Of a stretch of 64,000 nt of DNA, positions 12,401-23,800 are shown one piece after another. Each line of letters opens with the position of its first letter. The stretch's first letter is position 1. The notes below the pieces were generated by a model. It was not told the DNA's origin and ran no database searches. It saw only the letters and a program-made list of their open reading frames with translations. Both the position numbers and the translations under genes were made by a program. This DNA is from Auanema rhodensis (lineage: Eukaryota; Animalia; Nematoda), in assembly GCA_964057225.1 (NCBI GenBank), contig OZ059896.1, positions 20,336,001 through 20,400,000 on the forward strand, in the 5' to 3' direction.

Positions 12401-15400
12401 TAATTTTTGTATTAAGCGTTTCTCAATGTAGTATAGTGCATTCGATGCGGATTTTTAAGCTGCGTCGATCTGTGTTATCAGATTTGCGCTAGCTTAAAAA
12501 TGCACCAAGATATCAACTGATATAAGTTCACACTTATATCCTCGATTTTCACCCTAAAGAATTAATTTTTTCGTTGAATAACATTGTCCATCGTCTTTGC
12601 CTTGAATAAAGGAATCTAAAAACATCTACTTTTTGCTAAATTATTTCGAAATTTTTCGAAAAAATTTTTGTCAAAATGTTTTTGGAAGCAATGTTGAGTG
12701 TACATGGAAACTCAACATACACTAATGCATCATTTTTCAAACGATCATAACTAATTTTTGTATTAAGCGTTTCTCAATGTAGTATAGTGCATTCGATGCG
12801 GATTTTTAAGCTGCGTCGATCTCTGTTATCAGATTTGCGCTAGCTTAAAAATGCACCGAGATATCAACTGATATAAGTTCACACTTATATCCTCGATTTT
12901 CACCCTGAAGGAATAATTTTTTCGTTGAATAACATTGTCCATCGTCTTTGCCTTGAAAAAAGGAATCTAAAAACATCTACTTCTTGCTAAATTATTTTGA
13001 AATTTTTCGAAAAAATTTTTGTCAAAATGTTTTTGGAAGCAATGTTGAGTGTACATGGAAACTCAACATACACTAATGCATCATTTTTCAAACGATCATA
13101 ACTAATTTTTGTATTAAGCGTTTTTCAATGTAGTATAGTGCATTCGATGCGGATTTTTAAGCTGCGTCGATCTGTGTTATCAGATTTGCGCTAGCTTAAA
13201 AATGCACCAAGATATCAACTGATATAAGTTCACACTTATATCCTCGATTTTCACCCTAAAGAATTAATTTTTTCGTTGAATAACATTGTCCATCGTCTTT
13301 GCCTTGAATAAAGGAATCTAAAAACATCTACTTTTTGCTAAATTATTTCGAAATTTTTCGAAAAAATTTTTGTCAAAATGTTTTTGGAAGCAATGTTGAG
13401 TGTACATGGAAACTCAACATACACTAATGCATCATTTTTCAAACGATCATAACTAATTTTTGTATTAAGCGTTTCTCAATGTAGTATAGTGCATTCAATG
13501 CGGATTTTTAAGCTGCGTCGATCTGTGTTATCAGATTTGCGCTAGCTTAAAAATGCACCGAGATATCAACTGATATAAGTTCACACTTATATCCTCGATT
13601 TTCACCCTAAAGAATTAATTTTTTCGTTGAATAACATTGTCCATCGTCTTTGCCTTGAATAAAGGAATCTAAAAACATCTACTTTTTGCTAAATTATTTC
13701 GAAATTTTTCGAAAAAATTTTTGTCAAAATGTTTTTGGAAGCAATGTTGAGTGTACATGGAAACTCAACATACACTAATGCATCATTTTTCAAACGATCA
13801 TAACTAATTTTTGTATTAAGCGTTTCTCAATGTAGTATAGTGCATTCGATGCGGATTTTTAAGCTGCGTCGATCTCTGTTATCAGATTTGCGCTAGCTTA
13901 AAAATGCACCGAGATATCAACTGATATAAGTTCACACTTATATCCTCGATTTTCACCCTGAAGGAATAATTTTTTCGTTGAATAACATTGTCCATCGTCT
14001 TTGCCTTGAAAAAAGGAATCTAAAAACATCTACTTTTTGCTAAATTATTTTGAAATTTTTCGAAAAAATTTTTGTCAAAATGTTTTTGGAAGCAATGTTG
14101 AGTGTACATGGAAACTCAACATACACTAATGCATCATTTTTCAAACGATCATAACTAATTTTTGTATTAAGCGTTTCTCAATGTAGTATAGTGCATTCAA
14201 TGCGGATTTTTAAGCTGCGTCGATCTGTGTTATCAGATTTGCGCTAGCTTAAAAATGCACCGAGATATCAACTGATATAAGTTCACACTTACATCCTCGA
14301 TTTTCACCCTGAAGAATTAATTTTTTCGTTGAATAACACTGTCCATCGTCTTTGCCTTGAAAAATGGAATCTAAAAACATCTACTTTTTGCTAAATTATT
14401 TTGAAATTTTTCGAAAAAATTTTTGTCAAAATGTTTTTGGAAGCAATGTTGAGTGTACATGGAAACTCAACATACACTAATGCATCATTTTTCAAACGAT
14501 CATAACTAATTTTTGTATTAAGCGTTTTTCAATGTAGTATAGTGCATTCGATGCGGATTTTTAAGCTGCGTCGATCTGTGTTATCAGATTTGCGCTAGCT
14601 TAAAAATGCACCAAGATATCAACTGATATAAGTTCACACTTATATCCTCGATTTTCACCCTAAAGAATTAATTTTTTCGTTGAATAACATTGTCCATCGT
14701 CTTTGCCTTGAATAAAGGAATTTAAAAACATCTACTTTTTGCTAAATTATTTCGAAATTTTTCGAAAAAATTTTTGTCAAAATGTTTTTGGAAGCAATGT
14801 TGAGTGTACATGGAAACTCAACATACACTAATGCATCATTTTTCAAACGATCATAACTAATTTTTGTATTAAGCGTTTCTCAATGTAGTATAGTGCATTC
14901 GATGCGGATTTTTAAGCTGCGTCGATCTGTGTTATCAGATTTGCGCTAGCTTAAAAATGCACCAAGATATCAACTGATATAAGTTCACACTTATATCCTC
15001 GATTTTCACCCTAAAGAATTAATTTTTTCGTTGAATAACATTGTCCATCGTCTTTGCCTTGAATAAAGGAATCTAAAAACATCTACTTTTTGCTAAATTA
15101 TTTCGAAATTTTTCGAAAAAATTTTTGTCAAAATGTTTTTGGAAGCAATGTTGAGTGTACATGGAAACTCAACATACACTAATGCATCATTTTTCAAACG
15201 ATCATAACTAATTTTTGTATTAAGCGTTTCTCAATGTAGTATAGTGCATTCGATGCGGATTTTTAAGCTGCGTCGATCTCTGTTATCAGATTTGCGCTAG
15301 CTTAAAAATGCACCGAGATATCAACTGATATAAGTTCACACTTATATCCTCGATTTTCACCCTGAAGGAATGATTTTTTCGTTGAATAACATTGTCCATC

Positions 15401-18400
15401 GTCTTTGCCTTGAAAAAAGGAATCTAAAAACATCTACTTCTTGCTAAATTATTTTGAAATTTTTCGAAAAAATTTTTGTCAAAATGTTTTTGGAAGCAAT
15501 GTTGAGTGTACATGGAAACTCAACATACACTAATGCATCATTTTTCAAACGATCATAACTAATTTTTGTATTAAGCGTTTTTCAATGTAGTATAGTGCAT
15601 TCGATGCGGATTTTTAAGCTGCGTCGATCTGTGTTATCAGATTTGCGCTAGCTTAAAAATGCACCAAGATATCAACTGATATAAGTTCACACTTATATCC
15701 TCGATTTTCACCCTAAAGAATTAATTTTTTCGTTGAATAACATTGTCCATCGTCTTTGCCTTGAATAAAGGAATCTAAAAACATCTACTTTTTGCTAAAT
15801 TATTTCGAAATTTTTCGAAAAAATTTTTGTCAAAATGTTTTTGGAAGCAATGTTGAGTGTACATGGAAACTCAACATACACTAATGCATCATTTTTCAAA
15901 CGATCATAACTAATTTTTGTATTAAGCGTTTCTCAATGTAGTATAGTGCATTCAATGCGGATTTTTAAGCTGCGTCGATCTGTGTTATCAGATTTGCGCT
16001 AGCTTAAAAATGCACCGAGATATCAACTGATATAAGTTCACACTTATATCCTCGATTTTCACCCTGAAGAATTAATTTTTTCGTTGAATAACACTGTCCA
16101 TCGTCTTTGCCTTGAAAAATGGAATCTAAAAACATCTACTTTTTGCTAAATTATTTTGAAATTTTTCGAAAAAATTTTTGTCAAAATGTTTTTGGAAGCA
16201 ATGTTGAGTGTACATGGAAACTCAACATACACTAATGCATCATTTTTCAAACGATCATAACTAATTTTTGTATTAAGCGTTTCTCAATGTAGTATAGTGC
16301 ATTCGATGCGGATTTTTAAGCTGCGTCGATCTGTGTTATCAGATTTGCGCTAGCTTAAAAATGCACCGAGATATCAACTGATATAAGTTCACACTTATAT
16401 CCTCGATTTTCACCCTGAAGAATTAATTTTTTCGTTGAATAACATTGTCCATCGTCTTTGCCTTGAATAAAGGAATCTAAAAACATCTACTTTTTGCTAA
16501 ATTATTTTGAAATTTTTCGAAAAAATTTTTGTCAAAATGTTTTTGGAAGCAATGTTGAGTGTACATGGAAACTCAACATACACTAATGCATCATTTTTCA
16601 AACGATCATAACTAATTTTTGTATTAAGCGTTTCTCAATGTCGTATAGTGCATTCGATGCGGATTTTTAAGCTGCGTCGATCTGTGTTATCAGATTTGCG
16701 CTAGCTTAAAAATGCACCGAGATATCAACTGATATAAGTTCACACTTATATCCTCGATTTTCACCCTGAAGAATTAATTTTTTCGTTGAATAACATTGTC
16801 CATCGTCTTTGCCTTGAATAAAGGAATCTAAAAACATCTACTTTTTGCTAAATTATTTTGAAATTTTTCGAAAAAATTTTTGTCAAAATGTTTTTGGAAG
16901 CAATGTTGAGTGTACATGGAAACTCAACATACACTAATGCATCATTTTTCAAACGATCATAACTAATTTTTGTATTAAGCGTTTCTCAATGTAGTATAGT
17001 GCATTCGATGCGGATTTTTAAGCTGCGTCGATCTCTGTTATCAGATTTGCGCTAGCTTAAAAATGCACCGAGATATCAACTGATATAAGTTCACACTTAT
17101 ATCCTCGATTTTCACCCTGAAGGAATAATTTTTTCGTTGAATAACATTGTCCATCGTCTTTGCCTTGAATAAAGGAATTTAAAAACATCTACTTTTTGCT
17201 AAATTATTTCGAAATTTTTCGAAAAAATTTTTGTCAAAATGTTTTTGGAAGCAATGTTGAGTGTACATGGAAACTCAACATACACTAATGCATCATTTTT
17301 CAAACGATCATAACTAATTTTTGTATTAAGCGTTTCTCAATGTAGTATAGTGCATTCGATGCGGATTTTTAAGCTGCGTCGATCTGTGTTATCAGATTTG
17401 CGCTAGCTTAAAAATGCACCAAGATATCAACTGATATAAGTTCACACTTATATCCTCGATTTTCACCCTAAAGAATTAATTTTTTCGTTGAATAACATTG
17501 TCCATCGTCTTTGCCTTGAATAAAGGAATCTAAAAACATCTACTTTTTGCTAAATTATTTCGAAATTTTTCGAAAAAATTTTTGTCAAAATGTTTTTGGA
17601 AGCAATGTTGAGTGTACATGGAAACTCAACATACACTAATGCATCATTTTTCAAACGATCATAACTAATTTTTGTATTAAGCGTTTTTCAATGTAGTATA
17701 GTGCATTCGATGCGCATTTTTAAGCTGCGTCGATCTCTGTTATCAGATTTGCGCTAGCTTAAAAATGCACCGAGATATCAACTGATATAAGTTCACACTT
17801 ATATCCTCGATTTTCACCCTGAAGGAATAATTTTTTCGTTGAATAACATTGTCCATCGTCTTTGCCTTGAAAAAAGGAATCTAAAAACATCTACTTTTTG
17901 CTAAATTATTTTGAAATTTTTCGAAAAAATTTTTGTCAAAATGTTTTTGGAAGCAATGTTGAGTGTACATGGAAACTCAACATACACTAATGCATCATTT
18001 TTCAAACGATCATAACTAATTTTTGTATTAAGCGTTTTTCAATGTAGTATAGTGCATTCGATGCGGATTTTTAAGCTGCGTCGATCTGTGTTATCAGATT
18101 TGCGCTAGCTTAAAAATGCACCAAGATATCAACTGATATAAGTTCACACTTATATCCTCGATTTTCACCCTAAAGAATTAATTTTTTCGTTGAATAACAT
18201 TGTCCATCGTCTTTGCCTTGAATAAAGGAATCTAAAAACATCTACTTTTTGCTAAATTATTTCGAAATTTTTCGAAAAAATTTTTGTCAAAATGTTTTTG
18301 GAAGCAATGTTGAGTGTACATGGAAACTCAACATACACTAATGCATCATTTTTCAAACGATCACAACTAATTTTTGTATTAAGCGTTTCTCAATGTAGTA

Positions 18401-20850
18401 TAGTGCATTCAATGCGGATTTTTAAGCTGCGTCGATCTGTGTTATCAGATTTGCGCTAGCTTAAAAATGCACCGAGATATCAACTGATATAAGTTCACAC
18501 TTATATCCTCGATTTTCACCCTGAAGGAATAATTTTTTCGTTGAATAACATTGTCCATCGTCTTTGCCTTGAATAAAGGAATTTAAAAACATCTACTTTT
18601 TGCTAAATTATTTCGAAATTTTTCGAAAAAATTTTTGTCAAAATGTTTTTGGAAGCAATGTTGAGTGTACATGGAAACTCAACATACACTAATGCATCAT
18701 TTTTCAAACGATCATAACTAATTTTTGTATTAAGCGTTTCTCAATGTAGTATAGTGCATTCGATGCGGATTTTTAAGCTGCGTCGATCTGTGTTATCAGA
18801 TTTGCGCTAGCTTAAAAATGCACCAAGATATCAACTGATATAAGTTCACACTTATATCCTCGATTTTCACCCTAAAGAATTAATTTTTTCGTTGAATAAC
18901 ATTGTCCATCGTCTTTGCCTTGAATAAAGGAATTTAAAAACATCTACTTTTTGCTAAATTATTTCGAAATTTTTCGAAAAAATTTTTGTCAAAATGTTTT
19001 TGGAAGCAATGTTGAGTGTACATGGAAACTCAACATACACTAATGCATCATTTTTCAAACGATCATAACTAATTTTTGTATTAAGCGTTTCTCAATGTAG
19101 TATAGTGCATTCAATGCGGATTTTTAAGCTGCGTCGATCTGTGTTATCAGATTTGCGCTAGCTTAAAAATGCACCGAGATATCAACTGATATAAGTTCAC
19201 ACTTATATCCTCGATTTTCACCCTGAAGGAATAATTTTTTCGTTGAATAACATTGTCCATCGTCTTTGCCTTGAATAAAGGAATTTAAAAACATCTACTT
19301 TTTGCTAAATTATTTCGAAATTTTTCGAAAAAATTTTTGTCAAAATGTTTTTGGAAGCAATGTTGAGTGTACATGGAAACTCAACATACACTAATGCATC
19401 ATTTTTCAAACGATCATAACTAATTTTTGTATTAAGCGTTTCTCAATGTAGTATAGTGCATTCGATGCGGATTTTTAAGCTGCGTCGATCTGTGTTATCA
19501 GATTTGCGCTAGCTTAAAAATGCACCAAGATATCAACTGATATAAGTTCACACTTATATCCTCGATTTTCACCCTAAAGAATTAATTTTTTCGTTGAATA
19601 ACATTGTCCATCGTCTTTGCCTTGAATAAAGGAATCTAAAAACATCTACTTTTTGCTAAATTATTTCGAAATTTTTCGAAAAAATTTTTGTCAAAATGTT
19701 TTTGGAAGCAATGTTGAGTGTACATGGAAACTCAACATACACTAATGCATCATTTTTCAAACGATCATAACTAATTTTTGTATTAAGCGTTTTTCAATGT
19801 AGTATAGTGCATTCGATGCGGATTTTTAAGCTGCGTCGATCTGTGTTATCAGATTTGCGCTAGCTTAAAAATGCACCAAGATATCAACTGATATAAGTTC
19901 ACACTTATATCCTCGATTTTCACCCTAAAGAATTAATTTTTTCGTTGAATAACATTGTCCATCGTCTTTGCCTTGAATAAAGGAATCTAAAAACATCTAC
20001 TTTTTGCTAAATTATTTCGAAATTTTTCGAAAAAATTTTTGTCAAAATGTTTTTGGAAGCAATGTTGAGTGTACATGGAAACTCAACATACACTAATGCA
20101 TCATTTTTCAAACGATCATAACTAATTTTTGTATTAAGCGTTTCTCAATGTAGTATAGTGCATTCGATGCGGATTTTTAAGCTGCGTCGATCTGTGTTAT
20201 CAGATTTGCGCTAGCTTAAAAATGCACCAAGATATCAACTGATATAAGTTCACACTTATATCCTCGATTTTCACCCTAAAGAATTAATTTTTTCGTTGAA
20301 TAACATTGTCCATCGTCTTTGCCTTGAATAAAGGAATCTAAAAACATCTACTTTTTGCTAAATTATTTCGAAATTTTTCGAAAAAATTTTTGTCAAAATG
20401 TTTTTGGAAGCAATGTTGAGTGTACATGGAAACTCAACATACACTAATGCATCATTTTTCAAACGATCATAACTAATTTTTGTATTAAGCGTTTCTCAAT
20501 GTAGTATAGTGCATTCAATGCGGATTTTTAAGCTGCGTCGATCTGCGTTATCAGATTTGCGCTAGCTTAAAAATGCACCGAGATATCAACTGATATAAGT
20601 TCACACTTATATCCTCGATTTTCACCCTGAAGAATTAATTTTTTCGTTGAATAACACTGTCCATCGTCTTTGCTTTGAAAAATGGAATCTAAAAACATCT
20701 ACTTTTTGCTAAATTATTTTGAAATTTTTCGAAAAAATTTTTGTCAAAATGTTTTTGGAAGCAATGTTGAGTGTACATGGAAACTCAACATACACTAATG
20801 CATCATTTTTCAAACGATCATAACTAATTTTTGTATTAAGCGTTTTTCAA

Positions 20851-20893
20851 TGTAGTACAGCTTAAAAATCCGCATTGAATGCACTATACTACA
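20851..20893. other. Inversion junction between the two array orientations; 29-bp asymmetric spacer 20858-20886
   Basis: The + monomer starting at 20654 stops after ...tcaatgtagta (20857; 204 bp). It joins, with no inserted bases, a 233-bp partial monomer on - (20858-21090). tgtagta (20851-20857) pairs with tactaca (20887-20893). Confidence 0.97.
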
Positions 20894-23800
20894 TTGAGAA
20901 ACGCTTAATACAAAAATTAGTTATGATCGTTTGAAAAATGATGCATTAGTGTATGTTGAGTTTCCATGTACACTCAACATTGCTTCCAAAAACATTTTGA
21001 CAAAAATTTTTTCGAAAAATTTCGAAATAATTTAGCAAAAAGTAGATGTTTTTAGATTCCTTTATTCAAGGCAAAGACGATGGACAATGTTATTCAACGA
21101 AAAAATTAATTCTTTAGGGTGAAAATCGAGGATATAAGTGTGAACTTATATCAGTTGATATCTTGGTGCATTTTTAAGCTAGCGCAAATCTGATAACACA
21201 GATCGACGCAGCTCAAAAATCCGCATCGAATGCACTATACTACATTGAAAAACGCTTAATACAAAAATTAGTTATGATCGTTTGAAAAATGATGCATTAG
21301 TGTATGTTGAGTTTCCATGTACACTCAACATTGCTTCCAAAAACATTTTGACAAAAATTTTTTCGAAAAATTTCAAAATAATTTAGCAAAAAGTAGATGT
21401 TTTTAGATTCCTTTTTTCAAGGCAAAGACGATGGACAATGTTATTCAACGAAAAAATTATTCCTTCAGGGTGAAAATCGAGGATATAAGTGTGAACTTAT
21501 ATCAGTTGATATCTCGGTGCATTTTTAAGCTAGCGCAAATCTGATAACAGAGATCGACGCAGCTTAAAAATCCGCATCGAATGCACTATACTACATTGAG
21601 AAACGCTTAATACAAAAATTAGTTATGATCGTTTGAAAAATGATGCATTAGTGTATGTTGAGTTTCCATGTACACTCAACATTGCTTCCAAAAACATTTT
21701 GACAAAAATTTTTTCGAAAAATTTCGAAATAATTTAGCAAAAAGTAGATGTTTTTAGATTCCTTTATTCAAGGCAAAGACGATGGACAATGTTATTCAAC
21801 GAAAAAATTAATTCTTTAGGGTGAAAATCGAGGATATAAGTGTGAACTTATATCAGTTGATATCTTGGTGCATTTTTAAGCTAGCGCAAATCTGATAACA
21901 CAGATCGACGCAGCTTAAAAATTCGCATCGAATGCACTATACTACATTGAGAAACGCTTAATACAAAAATTAGTTATGATCGTTTGAAAAATGATGCATT
22001 AGTGTATGTTGAGTTTCCATGTACACTCAACATTGCTTCCAAAAACATTTTGACAAAAATTTTTTCGAAAAATTTCGAAATAATTTAGCAAAAAGTAGAT
22101 GTTTTTAAATTCCTTTATTCAAGGCAAAGACGATGGACAATGTTATTCAACGAAAAAATTAATTCTTTAGGGTGAAAATCGAGGATATAAGTGTGAACTT
22201 ATATCAGTTGATATCTTGGTGCATTTTTAAGCTAGCGCAAATCTGATAACACAGATCGACGCAGCTTAAAAATCCGCATCGAATGCACTATACTACATTG
22301 AAAAACGCTTAATACAAAAATTAGTTATGATCGTTTGAAAAATGATGCATTAGTGTATGTTGAGTTTCCATGTACACTCAACATTGCTTCCAAAAACATT
22401 TTGACAAAAATTTTTTCGAAAAATTTCAAAATAATTTAGCAAAAAGTAGATGTTTTTAGATTCCATTTTTCAAGGCAAAGACGATGGACAGTGTTATTCA
22501 ACGAAAAAATTAATTCTTCAGGGTGAAAATCGAGGATATAAGTGTGAACTTATATCAGTTGATATCTCGGTGCATTTTTAAGCTAGCGCAAATCTGATAA
22601 CACAGATCGACGCAGCTTAAAAATCCGCATTGAATGCACTATACTACATTGAGAAACGCTTAATACAAAAATTAGTTATGATCGTTTGAAAAATGATGCA
22701 TTAGTGTATGTTGAGTTTCCATGTACACTCAACATTGCTTCCAAAAACATTTTGACAAAAATTTTTTCGAAAAATTTCAAAATAATTTAGCAAAAAGTAG
22801 ATGTTTTTAGATTCCTTTTTTCAAGGCAAAGACGATGGACAATGTTATTCAACGAAAAAATTATTCCTTCAGGGTGAAAATCGAGGATATAAGTGTGAAC
22901 TTATATCAGTTGATATCTCGGTGCATTTTTAAGCTAGCGCAAATCTGATAACAGAGATCGACGCAGCTTAAAAATCCGCATCGAATGCACTATACTACAT
23001 TGAGAAACGCTTAATACAAAAATTAGTTATGATCGTTTGAAAAATGATGCATTAGTGTATGTTGAGTTTCCATGTACACTCAACATTGCTTCCAAAAACA
23101 TTTTGACAAAAATTTTTTCGAAAAATTTCGAAATAATTTAGCAAAAAGTAGATGTTTTTAGATTCCTTTATTCAAGGCAAAGACGATGGACAATGTTATT
23201 CAACGAAAAAATTAATTCTTTAGGGTGAAAATCGAGGATATAAGTGTGAACTTATATCAGTTGATATCTTGGTGCATTTTTAAGCTAGCGCAAATCTGAT
23301 AACACAGATCGACGCAGCTTAAAAATCCGCATCGAATGCACTATACTACATTGAAAAACGCTTAATACAAAAATTAGTTATGATCGTTTGAAAAATGATG
23401 CATTAGTGTATGTTGAGTTTCCATGTACACTCAACATTGCTTCCAAAAACATTTTGACAAAAATTTTTTCGAAAAATTTCAAAATAATTTAGCAAAAAGT
23501 AGATGTTTTTAGATTCCATTTTTCAAGGCAAAGACGATGGACAGTGTTATTCAACGAAAAAATTAATTCTTCAGGGTGAAAATCGAGGATATAAGTGTGA
23601 ACTTATATCAGTTGATATCTCGGTGCATTTTTAAGCTAGCGCAAATCTGATAACACAGATCGACGCAGCTTAAAAATCCGCATTGAATGCACTATACTAC
23701 ATTGAGAAACGCTTAATACAAAAATTAGTTATGATCGTTTGAAAAATGATGCATTAGTGTATGTTGAGTTTCCATGTACACTCAACATTGCTTCCAAAGA

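Larger units (their letters stand above)
1..20857 (+). repeat. Tandem satellite array, 351-bp monomer, orientation A (about 59.6 copies; continues beyond window start)
   Basis: The anchor aca(c/t)tgtccatcg recurs at 1, 338, 689, 1040, 1391, 1728 and onward, spaced 351 bp (337 bp for the deletion variant). Copies differ at only a few sites. 111 of 351 bases are G+C in monomer 338-688. Strand label is arbitrary. Confidence 0.99.

Noticed and set aside
20851-20893. Transposon insertion or footprint at the junction
   Set aside because: Every base is accounted for by satellite sequence on one strand or the other. There is no foreign DNA or target-site duplication.
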